A stretch of DNA of 64,000 nt from Nitrosopumilaceae archaeon (GCA_965207375.1 OZ242274.1:640001-704000), one strand, 5' to 3'; numbered from the stretch's first letter, positions 37,657 through 48,124 are shown. Numbers and translations: made by a program. The notes: generated by a model from the letters alone, not told the origin.

Positions 37657-39843
37657 CTACCTGTAATAAGAGGCAACTAGCTTTTCGCCTACTTTGAGGT
37701 CCTTTTGCTCCCTTACCTTCTTGACTGCCTCCTCAAAGTGTTTCATTTTGACATCTGCACCCTCTGAGTTGTTTTCAATCTCTTTGACTTCTGGATGGCT
37801 GTCTAGGAATTCGTGTATGACTATAGATACTGCCGTATTTGCAATTGCTGCCACGTCTGCACCGCTTAATCCGTCTGTAGATTCGGCAAGTTTGTCAAAA
37901 TCAACATGTTCTGGATTTTTTACATCTGTGATGGCAGGTATCCTTTCTGCATTAATTTCTAGAATCTTCTTCCTGCTTTCCTTGTCAGGCAGTGGAATTT
38001 GAATAATTTTATCAAATCTTCCCGGACGCAACAATGCAGGATCAATCATGTCTGCCCTGTTTGTGGCAGCTAACACTACTACTCCGTGCATATTTTCCAT
38101 ACCATCTAGTTCTGTTAGCAACTGGCTTACCACTCTTTCTGTAACTGCAGTTTCTCCTCCTGCACCCCTAATTGGTGCAATCGAATCAATCTCATCAAAG
38201 AATACCACACATGGAGCCGATTGTCTTGCCCTTTTGAATATCTCCCTGATTCCTCTTTCTGATTCTCCAACCCATTTTGATAACAGTTCGGGACCTCTGA
38301 CTGAAACAAAATTTGCCTCACTCTGTGTGGCCACAGCCTTTGCTAGTAGCGTCTTGCCTGTACCACTTGTACCGTGAAGTAAAATTCCCCTTGGCATCTT
38401 GTGGCCTAGCTTATCGTATAATCCTGGATACTTCATGGGCCATTCGACTGCCTCTTGTAGTTCCTTTTTAACATCCTCTAGTCCGCCGACCTCCTCCCAT
38501 TTGACGTCGGGATTTTCAATGAATACCTCTCTCATTCCTGACGGTGTAACCTCGATAATTGCTTTTTGGAAATCCTCTGCATTTACAATTAATTTGTCCA
38601 GAGTCTCTGGTGGAAGTTTTTCATCATCTAGGTTCAATTCTGGAAGCAATCTACGCAGGCACTTCATTGCAGCCTCCTTGCACAGATATTCTAAATCCGC
38701 ACCCACATATCCGTGGCTAATTCCTGCCACCTTGTCTATGTTGACATCTTCTGCTAATGGCATGTTTCTTGTATGTATGGCCAAAATGTCCTTTCTGCCC
38801 CTCTTATCTGGAACCTTAATCTCTATCTCCCTATCAAATCTGCCGGGTCGTCTTAATGCAGGATCAATTGCATTTGGTCTGTTGGTTGCAGAAATTACGA
38901 TAACCTTGCCTCTTGCCTCTAATCCGTCCATCAGTGATAACATCTGCGATACCACCCTTCTTTCAACCTCTCCTGTCACCTCCTCTCTTTTTGGTGCAAT
39001 AGAGTCAATCTCGTCTACGAAAATAATTGAAGGTGCTTTTTCTCTTGCTTCTTTGAATATTTCTCTTAACCTTGCCTCGCTTTCTCCGTAAAATTTTGAC
39101 ATAATTTCAGGACCCGATATGCTAATAAAATGAGCATTACTTTCATTTGCAACTGCCTTTGCTAGCAGCGTCTTGCCTGTTCCTGGAGGACCGTACAGCA
39201 AAACCCCCTTTGGAGCCTCGATACCTAACTTTTCAAAAATTTCCGGATGTCGTAATGGAAGTTCAATCATCTCTCTTACCTTTTTAATTTCATCAGTAAG
39301 ACCACCAATGTCCTCGTATGTTACCTGTGGCACTCCCCTTAGAGTCTCACCTTTTTCTGCAATGTGGAAAACAGTTTTTTGCGTAACTAGTACTGCATCA
39401 GCTGCCGGAGTTACCCCTATTACCTGAAATGTCAACCTTCCGCCAAAATATGGAACCATGACGTTGTCCCCCTTTATCAGTGGAACACTTTCTAATGCAT
39501 CTGCAAGATATCTTTCATCAATTGGCGGTATTGCTTCTAATGGTGCAACTACTACCTTTTCTGCAGCAACTGCCTTGATCTTTCTAACCGAAATTGTGTC
39601 CCCTATTGCAATACCTGAATTGTTTCTGCCTAGTCCGTCAATTCTGATTATTCCCTTTCCCTCATCAGAAGGGTACAATGGAAGACATTTTGCAACCGTC
39701 CTTCTCTTGCCCTTGATCTCAATGACGTCTCCTGTGGATGCATTTAGGGTGTCCATAGAATCATAATCTATTCGTGCCACTCCTCTTCCGACATCTCTTG
39801 TGTATGCCTCTAAAACCTTGAGAGAAAGTGCATTTTGACTCAT
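37657..39843 (-). CDS. cdc48: CDC48/p97-family AAA+ ATPase
   Basis: N domain [10 protein letters not shown]; two AAA modules GPPGTGKT / [14 protein letters not shown]. Confidence 0.96.
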   Translation of the reverse strand: MSQNALSLKVLEAYTRDVGRGVARIDYDSMDTLNASTGDVIEIKGKRRTVAKCLPLYPSDEGKGIIRIDGLGRNNSGIAIGDTISVRKIKAVAAEKVVVAPLEAIPPIDERYLADALESVPLIKGDNVMVPYFGGRLTFQVIGVTPAADAVLVTQKTVFHIAEKGETLRGVPQVTYEDIGGLTDEIKKVREMIELPLRHPEIFEKLGIEAPKGVLLYGPPGTGKTLLAKAVANESNAHFISISGPEIMSKFYGESEARLREIFKEAREKAPSIIFVDEIDSIAPKREEVTGEVERRVVSQMLSLMDGLEARGKVIVISATNRPNAIDPALRRPGRFDREIEIKVPDKRGRKDILAIHTRNMPLAEDVNIDKVAGISHGYVGADLEYLCKEAAMKCLRRLLPELNLDDEKLPPETLDKLIVNAEDFQKAIIEVTPSGMREVFIENPDVKWEEVGGLEDVKKELQEAVEWPMKYPGLYDKLGHKMPRGILLHGTSGTGKTLLAKAVATQSEANFVSVRGPELLSKWVGESERGIREIFKRARQSAPCVVFFDEIDSIAPIRGAGGETAVTERVVSQLLTELDGMENMHGVVVLAATNRADMIDPALLRPGRFDKIIQIPLPDKESRKKILEINAERIPAITDVKNPEHVDFDKLAESTDGLSGADVAAIANTAVSIVIHEFLDSHPEVKEIENNSEGADVKMKHFEEAVKKVREQKDLKVGEKLVASYYR

Positions 39844-40041
39844 ACAAAAAAGGTCTTTGGCTAATTTTTATATCTTTGGCGTTAAACTGTACATTTTGCA
39901 ATCTAGGCTAAATTGCATCATGATGACACAATTTTGTGCCAAAATCGGCGTTTACAAACAGTTTGGCGTGCAAAACCGGTTCTAGAGCACCATCTGTCAA
40001 TCATAAGCTTAAAATCACTAGAATTGTACAAATTGATCTAC

Positions 40042-40773
40042 ATGGGAAAGAGACCTCTAGTTAGAAGACGCGGCCGTGGAGGCCATCAGTTTAGGGCAGC
40101 CGTTACTGGCAAAATAGCCGATGCCAAATATCCCAACTATCCGTTATCTGAACAGCACACTGGCCTAGTCATTGATCTTGTACATGAACGGGGCAGAGAT
40201 GCACCACTAGCCAAAATTAGATTTGAGGATGGCTCTATCTCATTTATTCCTGCCGTAATTGGAACAAAGGTTGGAGATTCTATGCAGTTTGGCCTAAAAT
40301 CAAAAATTTCTGACGGCAATGTTATCAGCATTCAAAATATTCCCGATGGCACAATTGTGTGCAATGTGGAACGTCATTTTTGTGATGGCGGTGCAATTGT
40401 CAAATCTGCAGGAACTAGTGCCACTATCTTTTCTCACGGCGAGGACGGTGTTACAATAAAACTTCCCTCAGGAAAGTTTGCAACATTAAATCCTAAAAAT
40501 AGAGCCATGATTGGTTCCCTTTCTGGCGGCGGCGCATCTGAACGTCCGCTGATGAGTGCAGGAGGAAAATGGAGAAAATTCCGTTCAAGAGGAAGAAAAT
40601 ATCCAATAGTTCGAGGTGTTGCACAAGCAGCATACGTCCACCCACATGGCGGTGGAAGACACCAGCATGTAGGCCAAAGCTCTACTGTATCTAGGAATGC
40701 TCCACCGGGTGCAAAGGTAGGAAGCATTGCAGCAAGAAAGACTGGCAGAGCCAGAATCAAAGACAGAAGATAG
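40042..40773 (+). CDS. rpl2: 50S ribosomal protein uL2
   Basis: MGKRPLVRRRGRG, HPHGGG, PPGAKVGSIAARKTG. Confidence 0.97.
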   Translation: MGKRPLVRRRGRGGHQFRAAVTGKIADAKYPNYPLSEQHTGLVIDLVHERGRDAPLAKIRFEDGSISFIPAVIGTKVGDSMQFGLKSKISDGNVISIQNIPDGTIVCNVERHFCDGGAIVKSAGTSATIFSHGEDGVTIKLPSGKFATLNPKNRAMIGSLSGGGASERPLMSAGGKWRKFRSRGRKYPIVRGVAQAAYVHPHGGGRHQHVGQSSTVSRNAPPGAKVGSIAARKTGRARIKDRR

Positions 40774-40821
40774 AAATTATTTTCCTAAAATTGATTAAGA
40801 GCTTTTCAATATCAGTTACAC

Positions 40822-41097
40822 ATGAGGCAACGAATACATTTGTTTGTAACAGGAAAGGTACAGGGCGTTTTTTTCAGACAGGCACTCAAGGTTATGGCCA
40901 AAAAAAATAACGTATATGGATGGGTAAAGAATCTCAGTGACGGCCGAGTCGAAGCCGTTTTGGAAGGTGAGGATACAAGTGTTAGCAATATTGTGGAATG
41001 GGCACATGCAGGTCCTGCCAATGCTAGAGTTGAAGATGTAGAAATTCGCAATGAATTGTATATAGGCCAATTCTCAAAGTTTGATGTTTTGTACTAG
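40822..41097 (+). CDS. acyP: Acylphosphatase
   Basis: VTGKVQGVFFR, GWVKNLSDGRVE. Confidence 0.95.
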   Translation: MRQRIHLFVTGKVQGVFFRQALKVMAKKNNVYGWVKNLSDGRVEAVLEGEDTSVSNIVEWAHAGPANARVEDVEIRNELYIGQFSKFDVLY

Positions 41098-41420
41098 CTG
41101 TACTTTATCTGCGTCATATTACAGGCAGATTTTATCACGTCAAATCAAACAACAAGAGTCGCGCGGATCTGCTGTTTGACATTTTCATCGGTTATTTTCC
41201 AAATGGGGATTTGGTCAACTTGAATCTCCTGCTATACCAGTACCTTGTTTTGGATTCTCTTTGGTGTACTATTTAGATACTGTATTTTTCTGATGTATCA
41301 TGTGTTAGCAACTGTGGCTAATCATTATGTAACTGCTAGCATTGTTTTAAAATTAAGAAAATTTTGTAATGTCATCAAAAATAGAGCAAAAATCCAAACT
41401 CGATGTTAAACAATTGTAAT

Positions 41421-41736
41421 GGTAGTAGCCCTACTAGTTCTGGTCTAGCCAGATAGTCCCATTTCAAGGCATACAAGATCCGCCACGTTGACGAGGAAGC
41501 GTGGATGCCCCACCTTAGGATTGCTCCCTCCCGGACCTGGTCCCTTTCGATGGTTCGGTCTTGAAAGTTATCCCTTCGGATAATTCCAGTCCTGCAACCA
41601 CCCGCCTCGGCGTGATTTCATTTCCGCACACCAAGCGGGAATTACCTTTCTAGAGATTTACCTAGTAGTTACTGATCTCTGCGTATAGCCGGTTTCAGAA
41701 CGGGGCACGGCTAGCACCCCAATCCTACCTACTACC
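41421..41736 (-). ncRNA. ffs: Archaeal signal recognition particle (7S) RNA
   Basis: Terminal helix GGTAGTAG/CTACTACC; helix 8 CCAGGTCCGGGAGGGAGCAATCC; about 316 nt. Confidence 0.93.
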
Positions 41737-41767
41737 AAAAACCCTATGAGGCGTTGTTATATTTGCA

Positions 41768-42676
41768 TTAGGTTTGCTTTTTGAATTGAGAAATTACACT
41801 GCACACGGAGCACACTTTACCGGTGCAATCTGCCCCACAATTACCACATTTTGTTTTTGTTTTTGTATCTGCTACTCTGACAGCACCTGATACTTTAATT
41901 ACTGATCTGTATAGGCTGTTTTTTATTCCTGCGTGTTGGCCCTCCAATGAATTTAAAAATTTGCGAATCTCGGTTCTTATTCCCTCATCAGTATGTGGGC
42001 AGGGCTCAGTCTGAAACGGAATATTATTTGTAAATGCGTAAAACACTATCTCTGACTCGTAAATTTCTGCAAACGGCTTGATTTTTCTTATTGCACTGTC
42101 CGAATCGGGTCTCATCCATCCTATTTTTGTAACATCTCCTGATAACATGTTGATCAAAAATGTCTGCAAATTGTCGTCTAAATTGTGGGCAGTTGCAACC
42201 ACATCTGCCCCGATTGCGTTTGCTGCGTGATCAATTGCCCTCCGTCTCAGCGTGCCGCAGATAGAACATGCAGAAGTCTTTTCATCTTTTCGCTGTTCTA
42301 ATATTTTCTCTAACGTCAATTCAAATAGATTCCTGTATGAAAAGACGCTAAATTCTATCTCTAGCTTGTCACAAAAGTCTTTTACGATACCAAGAGCTTC
42401 GTTTCTGTATCCTGGTATTCCCTCATCTACAGTTACTGCATGAATTCTAAAATTATGTGTTTTTGACATCTGATTCAGGATAGATAACAGTACCAGTGAA
42501 TCCTTTCCGCCTGAAACTGCAACTGCAACTAGGTCGTCGTTTTTTATCATACTGTATTTTGAGATGGTCTTGGCAGTTTTGCGTGCTATAGCATTTGTAA
42601 AACACTGCGAACACAGGCTCTGACCAGAATACTTTCTTGTAAATACTGCCGTATTCTCACATCTGTCACACTGCAT
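41768..42676 (-). CDS. tRNA 2-thiolation protein (TtuA/NcsA/Ctu1, TIGR00269-like)
   Basis: N- and C-terminal Zn fingers, SGGKDS PP-loop, CSICGTLRR, TAHNLDD. Confidence 0.9.
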   Translation of the reverse strand: MQCDRCENTAVFTRKYSGQSLCSQCFTNAIARKTAKTISKYSMIKNDDLVAVAVSGGKDSLVLLSILNQMSKTHNFRIHAVTVDEGIPGYRNEALGIVKDFCDKLEIEFSVFSYRNLFELTLEKILEQRKDEKTSACSICGTLRRRAIDHAANAIGADVVATAHNLDDNLQTFLINMLSGDVTKIGWMRPDSDSAIRKIKPFAEIYESEIVFYAFTNNIPFQTEPCPHTDEGIRTEIRKFLNSLEGQHAGIKNSLYRSVIKVSGAVRVADTKTKTKCGNCGADCTGKVCSVCSVISQFKKQT

Positions 42677-42707
42677 GCTACAATCCTTGCCTGCCTTTAC
42701 TTATTAG

Positions 42708-43904
42708 TTATATTGTAAACCAGCCTGTCTTGATGTATGTCAGCGCTATGTTCAATCCAAATACTGCAAATGTAAATGCGTAAATTGCCCACATTGTTGC
42801 GTTTACCCTGCTTTCTGACATCTTGTCTACAATTATACTGTGAATGAATTTTCCTCCATCCAAAATTGGTAACGGTAGCATGTTGATTATTCCAATGAAA
42901 AATGAGATCATCCACAACCACAGCAAATACATTGAAACCTGAGGATCCCATTGAATAAAGTCATAGATTGGAGTAAAAAACGCATTGTCACGTATGATTC
43001 CCATCAGTCCACGTCCGGGATCTTCTGGGGACGGTAAAATCTCTACAGCAAATGTAATTGGCTCGCCGTTACGCAGTACGGAAATTTCTGCAGTCTGACC
43101 CGGCATCAGCTCTACCTTCTGAAAATCTATTGCCGACTGTATTGAGATCTCATCAATCTGAGTAATAATGTCGTCTGGCATCATGCCTGCCTTTTGTGCC
43201 CCAAAGCCTTCCATGATTTCCAAAACCTTTACCCCCTCTGGCAATTCATAGAATAATCCCACAATGGGTTCAGGCAGCACTATTGCAAATATAGGATTGG
43301 TCAGCAGTATCAGGCCTAGTGCTAGTGCAAAAATTACATTTGCAGTAGCCCCTGCGCCTATTACCCTAAGCTTGGATATTTTTTTTGCCTTTTCAAACTC
43401 TTGCTCGTCTGGTTCTACAAAGCCTGCAAATACTGCAATGAAAACTGCAAACCCTCCAGACTTTACCTTGATCTTTTCTAGTGTTGCAACAATTCCGTGT
43501 GCCCCCTCATGTACAACTAGCACTATGGGCAGCGACAACAAAAATCCCGCAATTGCAGATACTGATGTTAGTGTTATACCAGGAATCAATACGGTAAGCT
43601 CTGCAGCCTCTGCAGGCGTAAAAATAAATTTCACTATATTATCTATCAAAAACCAAAACGCAAATCCCATCATTGCAAAACCTGCAACCACGCTGACATC
43701 TGCAAATATCCGCACCGCCCTTTTGGTTCTACCCAACAGCCGTGTCAGGGCAGTCTGTATCTGATAATTCTTGTATACGAGACTGTACGCCTTTAGCTCA
43801 AAGCCATGCTTGTCTAGTTTTAGGCCCTTTGCTATGCCTAGCACTACAACCCAGCCGATTAATACGTAAATAATTGCATTTTGAGTAATAAAATCAAGTT
43901 CCAA
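42708..43904 (-). CDS. Site-2 protease (M50) with PDZ domain
   Basis: HEGAH, AGFVEPD, NMLPLPILDGG; start inferred at TTG 43904. Confidence 0.92.
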   Translation of the reverse strand: MELDFITQNAIIYVLIGWVVVLGIAKGLKLDKHGFELKAYSLVYKNYQIQTALTRLLGRTKRAVRIFADVSVVAGFAMMGFAFWFLIDNIVKFIFTPAEAAELTVLIPGITLTSVSAIAGFLLSLPIVLVVHEGAHGIVATLEKIKVKSGGFAVFIAVFAGFVEPDEQEFEKAKKISKLRVIGAGATANVIFALALGLILLTNPIFAIVLPEPIVGLFYELPEGVKVLEIMEGFGAQKAGMMPDDIITQIDEISIQSAIDFQKVELMPGQTAEISVLRNGEPITFAVEILPSPEDPGRGLMGIIRDNAFFTPIYDFIQWDPQVSMYLLWLWMISFFIGIINMLPLPILDGGKFIHSIIVDKMSESRVNATMWAIYAFTFAVFGLNIALTYIKTGWFTI

Positions 43905-43946
43905 ACTGTTGTTACTTTTTTTAATCACGCCCATTTATCACTTACT

Positions 43947-44258
43947 ATGAAGCCTGCAGTTTTAGTCTCGACCTTTCCAGACAGGGCAATAATTGACTCT
44001 ATTGCAAGTCAGCTTGTAACTGATAAAATCGTAGCATGCGTCAATATTTCCAAAATCGCCTCCATTTATAGCTGGCAAGACACAATACACAAAACTGATG
44101 AATTTCTGGCAATTTTTAAAACAACTCAGAAAAACCTCCCACTACTCAAAAAACGATTAAAGCAACTTCATCCATATGATGTGCCAGAAATTGCAGAAAT
44201 TAATATTGATTCCATTAATTCAGACTATATGAAATGGATTGCAGATTCCACACTTTAG
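43947..44258 (+). CDS. cutA: Divalent-cation tolerance protein CutA
   Basis: VACVNI, SIYSWQ, HPYDVPEI. Confidence 0.93.
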   Translation: MKPAVLVSTFPDRAIIDSIASQLVTDKIVACVNISKIASIYSWQDTIHKTDEFLAIFKTTQKNLPLLKKRLKQLHPYDVPEIAEINIDSINSDYMKWIADSTL

Positions 44259-45280
44259 ACTGCATATCTTAGAGTCGATACAATCCCACCTAGTCCTGTA
44301 ACTCTTAGTCCCAAATCCGTTGACGAATCTACGCTAAAGATATTGCCTCCCTTTGATTCTACATCATTTAGAAATCTGATAATCTTTTCTTCGTCTATAT
44401 CCTCTAATACTTTATCTGAAAATACCAATGATTCAATTGCAGCAAACTCGTTTGCCTTGGCAGTCTCATCAAAACCCATGGTAAATTTTTTACCTCGCTT
44501 GCTTGCCATAAGCATGATATCATCTATGATGCCTGCAATTTTAGCAATCTTGCTTTCTGACATTGTCTCTTTCATGATCTCTGATTTTGTAAACGTGTAG
44601 ATTCCGTCTTCTCCTCCAGAATCTATGCCCTCTACTACTTTTGGCTTTGACTTCAAAGATTTTTCGATATAATTTGCAAACTTTCTCTTGGTATTTCCTG
44701 GACCAAAAATTATCACCCTGTCACTAACAGTAGATACTGTTTTGCATATTTGTTCAAAGAACCCTTCTATGTTAAAATCAGTTTTGTATCTTTTACCTGC
44801 AGCACCTGAATAGATATTTGGCATAATTTCCAAATGCGTCCCGTTTAATCTTGCTATTCCGCAATCTGATTTGTCTATTGCCACTAGCAGGAATCTGATT
44901 TTATCATCCTGTGTTTTTATCAACTTTTTTTCTATACTGTCCCATTTTTTCTTCCAGATAGTAAACGGCTCACCGGTTTTTAGCAACACAGAATGATGTG
45001 ACCCGTGTGCAACTGTTTCATTGCTTGACTCTGTTATGGTGCCTGAAATCCTCAACCTGTCTACGGTACTGTCTAGGGAAATTTTTTGCACCTGTAGTGA
45101 AATTCTAACCCTTATTCTCTCCCTGTCAGGCCTTGAAAAATCCTTGTCTAACTTGATTACACGCGTAGTATCTGCGATAATTCTGTCGCCTGCCCTTATC
45201 ACTCTGCGCAAGGACAGTAGGTCATCTGCATCTTGTGCAATAACTGTAATTTTATTGTCATCTGTCTGTTTTGTAATCAT
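44255..45280 (-). CDS. pelA: mRNA surveillance protein Pelota
   Basis: DDLLSL, RLRISG, GSHHS, GPG, GLGGIVSTLRY. Confidence 0.92.
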   Translation of the reverse strand: MITKQTDDNKITVIAQDADDLLSLRRVIRAGDRIIADTTRVIKLDKDFSRPDRERIRVRISLQVQKISLDSTVDRLRISGTITESSNETVAHGSHHSVLLKTGEPFTIWKKKWDSIEKKLIKTQDDKIRFLLVAIDKSDCGIARLNGTHLEIMPNIYSGAAGKRYKTDFNIEGFFEQICKTVSTVSDRVIIFGPGNTKRKFANYIEKSLKSKPKVVEGIDSGGEDGIYTFTKSEIMKETMSESKIAKIAGIIDDIMLMASKRGKKFTMGFDETAKANEFAAIESLVFSDKVLEDIDEEKIIRFLNDVESKGGNIFSVDSSTDLGLRVTGLGGIVSTLRYAV

Positions 45281-45305
45281 AAACTCTCAGCTGCATCTGT
45301 ATAAT

Positions 45306-45743
45306 CTAGCCAGACGTCTGAGCAGTATCATCTTGCCCCTTTTTTTTCACATAGTTTTCCACCCATTCTAAGGTTATTACTCCTGCCTGGGCCAAGTTAA
45401 TTAGAGAATTAGACGATGCGTTTCCTGACACCTTGCCACTGTTGCGTCTAATCTGTCTCCACTTTAAGGCAGTATTGCCGCTTTTTGATGTGTAAATAAT
45501 TCCCAAAACATCACGTGCGTTTACAAAGGTAATCTCACGTATTTTTTTCAAAGTAACCTTGTCTGCAGCTTCGACATAAATTGAACCCAAATTGTCCTCT
45601 CTTTCTGCAAATACCTCAAAGTCATCAAGGTAGCTTTTTGGAGCAAACGAACTGCACGTGCTTGCTATAATGAATCGTCTAAAACTTTCTAATGATGCAG
45701 GAATATCTATTGCTACCATAGATACAGACATTAACTTTGCCAT
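45306..45743 (-). CDS. Conserved hypothetical protein
   Basis: 145-aa ORF with core-like codon usage; no motif recognised. Confidence 0.7.
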   Translation of the reverse strand: MAKLMSVSMVAIDIPASLESFRRFIIASTCSSFAPKSYLDDFEVFAEREDNLGSIYVEAADKVTLKKIREITFVNARDVLGIIYTSKSGNTALKWRQIRRNSGKVSGNASSNSLINLAQAGVITLEWVENYVKKKGQDDTAQTSG

Positions 45744-45795
45744 TTATCAAGCTTCTTGAAAGACTCAAGTACTTTTAGTTGAAATTTTTCTTTGC

Positions 45796-45851
45796 GGGCA
45801 GTGATGAACATATCCCTATGACTGATGATATGGATCTTGAGTTCTGAGCCC
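45796..45851 (+). ncRNA. Box C/D guide sRNA
   Basis: GGGC stem, C box GTGATGA (45801), D' ATGA (45818), C' CTGATGA (45822), D box CTGA (45844), GCCC stem. Confidence 0.85.
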
Positions 45852-45894
45852 TGCCATCGTTACTATTTTATCAAACGTAAATCTTAATTTTATC

Positions 45895-46314
45895 ATGAAG
45901 TCATTTACTCACTATCTGACATTTAACACAAAAAGGCGCGTTGATTTTGTCAATATCACATCAGATGTTTCCAAGCTGGTGTCTCAAAGTAAAGTACGCG
46001 AAGGTCTATGTCTGGTAAACGCCATGCACATAACTGCAAGTGTCTTTATCAATGATGACGAATCTGGTCTGCATAATGATTATACAAAATGGCTGGAGCT
46101 ACTAGCTCCACACGAGCCGGTATCAGACTATAGCCATAACGATACAGGCGAGGACAATGCAGATGCGCATCTAAAAAGGCAGATAATGGGAAGAGAGGTT
46201 ATAGTTGCAATTACTGAGGGCAGACTAGACTTTGGACCATGGGAGGCAATCTTTTACGGGGAATTTGATGGCCGTCGTGACAAGAGGGTTCTTGTAAAAA
46301 TCATTGGTCAATAG
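45895..46314 (+). CDS. YjbQ/UPF0047 family protein
   Basis: [37 protein letters not shown]. Confidence 0.93.
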   Translation: MKSFTHYLTFNTKRRVDFVNITSDVSKLVSQSKVREGLCLVNAMHITASVFINDDESGLHNDYTKWLELLAPHEPVSDYSHNDTGEDNADAHLKRQIMGREVIVAITEGRLDFGPWEAIFYGEFDGRRDKRVLVKIIGQ

Positions 46315-46433
46315 TGTTTATAGTAAAGATCATGCCGAATTAAATCTTAAATTACAAATGCTCAATTTAATCTTGAGTTAAACGAGGTTCTTTTGCATTA
46401 ATTGCAGGTGAAACCCAATGCAGATTTCTCTAG

Positions 46434-46718
46434 CTAAATTTTCTTTGTAACAATTCCAACTAATGTTTTATCCTGTATAATGATCAATACTGAAACACTT
46501 TTGTTGCCTAGACCATCATCAGAGACGCCAAATAAACAATAATTCGGCGGACAATCTTTGCAGGTTTGATATTCATAATGTTTTTTTGGATCTTTGAGAT
46601 AGCGGATGTGATTTAGAAAATGGGTTACAACCCACTTATCCTTCAATGATAATTTACCATAGGATTTTTTGAATCCTTTGGTTAGTTGTAAATCCCAAAA
46701 AACTCTACGATTTTTCAT
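46434..46718 (-). CDS. Putative RelE/ParE-like toxin
   Basis: LQLTKGFKKSYGKL..DP N-terminal pattern; 94 aa basic protein; overlaps upstream small gene. Confidence 0.5.
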   Translation of the reverse strand: MKNRRVFWDLQLTKGFKKSYGKLSLKDKWVVTHFLNHIRYLKDPKKHYEYQTCKDCPPNYCLFGVSDDGLGNKSVSVLIIIQDKTLVGIVTKKI

Positions 46719-46923
46719 CCAACCACTTTACAACATCTCCAAAATCCGAGAATTTTGGTGATAGTTTAGATTGGTCTCCTTTGTGCCGTTTGTATTCCTC
46801 TATTGCGATTGTATGAACTGATTTCCATACTGGAATGAAGCCATTTTTTATCATACTAGTTAATCTACATTTTGTATTAAAAATATTTTGTTTTTCTGGC
46901 TGATAAGATGCTAGATCAGGCAT
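46705..46923 (-). CDS. Putative antitoxin
   Basis: C-terminal AIEEYK..PKFSDFGDVVKWLDE resembles RelB-type tails; start uncertain. Confidence 0.45.
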   Translation of the reverse strand: MPDLASYQPEKQNIFNTKCRLTSMIKNGFIPVWKSVHTIAIEEYKRHKGDQSKLSPKFSDFGDVVKWLDEKS

Positions 46924-46991
46924 GACAAATTTGTGCGACTCGTGCCTAGAATTAAACATCTAGAAACTGTGAACCTAGCCTCTTACTACAG

Positions 46992-47068
46992 AGACATGAT
47001 TCGTAATTAGAAAACCACACCTAACAGGAGCAAAAATCCGTGCCCAGATCTAATTACGAATCATGTCT
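46992..47068. mobile_element. 77-bp MITE derived from the IS5-family element at 50174-51255
   Basis: Perfect TIR AGACATGATTCGTAATTAG; CAG TSD at 46989-46991 and 47069-47071. Confidence 0.92.
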
Positions 47069-47085
47069 CAGTTACTTTGTTGAAA

Positions 47086-47273
47086 ACTATAGACATAACG
47101 ATACAGGCGAGGACAATGCAGATGCGCATCTGAAAAGGCAGATAATGGGAAGAGAGGTTATAGTTGCAATTACTGAGGGCAGGCTAGACTTTGAACCATG
47201 GGAGGCAATCTTTTATGGGGAATTTGATGGACGTCGTGACAAGAGGGTTCTTGTAAAAATCATTGGTCAATAG
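47086..47273 (+). pseudogene. Partial second copy of yjbQ (3' 45%)
   Basis: Near-identical to 46127-46314; the ORF-track start lies inside the MITE. Confidence 0.9.
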
Positions 47274-47434
47274 TGATGTTATGGATAACTGCTATTTCTA
47301 CCATCTTGCCATTTCAATAGTGACTTTTTTTATCTCATTTATTGTACTGTACAGTAATTGTCTTTCTCATCTTGCTTCCATTGTAATTTTGATAAAAGCT
47401 AGAACATGTGGCAACAGATGTAAAATTAGACAAT

Positions 47435-47893
47435 TTACTTCTTTTTTATTTTGACTATAGGCGTGATGTTAACAAGATAAACCGGTTCTCCGTCTTGAGT
47501 GTAGAATTTGGTTTTGTTTATTTGTACTGCTACAGTTTTTACACTCAATGTCATTCCGTTACTTAGATCATAAACGCTAAAGTTTTCTCGTAAAGGTTCA
47601 GTCTCCATATCATTTTCAATAATAGAATTTTGTAATTCTGCCACATTGAATGATTGGAATGCTTCTGGATTCCGTTTTTCTTTTGGAACATATGTAACAA
47701 TTATGTTTGTAGAATATATTGCAAATCTCTGAGGAGATCGTGGATCTGGAATTAAATGATTAACATGAATCAATGTTTTAACAATAGTACCATCTCGTAA
47801 TTTATAAAAACTGGGTTCTAGAGTTTTAGGTGTGGCGGTAATATATTTCATATCTTTGATATTGCTCTCTACCTCTTCATATGGAATCGTCAA
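47435..47893 (-). CDS. Hypothetical protein with internal duplication
   Basis: EPSFYKLRDGTIVK and ENFSVYDLSNGMTLS halves; 12 nt downstream of hicA. Confidence 0.7.
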   Translation of the reverse strand: MTIPYEEVESNIKDMKYITATPKTLEPSFYKLRDGTIVKTLIHVNHLIPDPRSPQRFAIYSTNIIVTYVPKEKRNPEAFQSFNVAELQNSIIENDMETEPLRENFSVYDLSNGMTLSVKTVAVQINKTKFYTQDGEPVYLVNITPIVKIKKK

Positions 47894-47905
47894 TACATGA
47901 TTAAG

Positions 47906-48124
47906 TTAAAACTCTTCTTTAAATTCTTCTATTTCAATTTCTGCTTGAGCAAGAATTGTCTTCAAAAGACCCTTACCAAGTTCTTTGTTACCATGTCTTG
48001 GAACTTGTGTTCTTTTACCATCTTTGTAAAAAACAACATGACGTTGTCCTTGATGCGCGCTAAATCCTTGTTTGAGCAAATACTCTATCATTTCACGGTT
48101 GGTTACTACAGGTAGTTTAGACAC
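47906..48124 (-). CDS. HicA-family mRNA interferase toxin
   Basis: LPVVTNREMIEYLLKQGF, RHVV, VPRHGNKELGKGLLKTILAQA. Confidence 0.9.
   Translation of the reverse strand: MSKLPVVTNREMIEYLLKQGFSAHQGQRHVVFYKDGKRTQVPRHGNKELGKGLLKTILAQAEIEIEEFKEEF

Larger units (their letters stand above)
46127..47275 (+). repeat. 190-bp direct repeat of the yjbQ 3' end (46127-46316 and 47086-47275)
   Basis: Ungapped alignment with 6 mismatches, counted by eye. Confidence 0.95.

Noticed and set aside
37694-39766. Long antisense ORFs opposite cdc48 (and similar ones opposite dnaK, metK, cbi genes)
   Set aside because: Shadow frames of well-supported genes with no independent motifs.
39880-39968. Possible MITE between cdc48 and rpl2 (CGTTAAACTGT / ACAGTTTGGCG)
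   Set aside because: Only 9/11 inverted match, no TSD and no second copy in the window.
41098-41420. Possible decayed gene between acyP and SRP RNA
   Set aside because: Only short minus-strand fragments with multiple stops; no family could be supported.
47040-47273. 77-aa ORF as a real gene
   Set aside because: Its start lies inside the MITE; the rest is the duplicated yjbQ 3' end.
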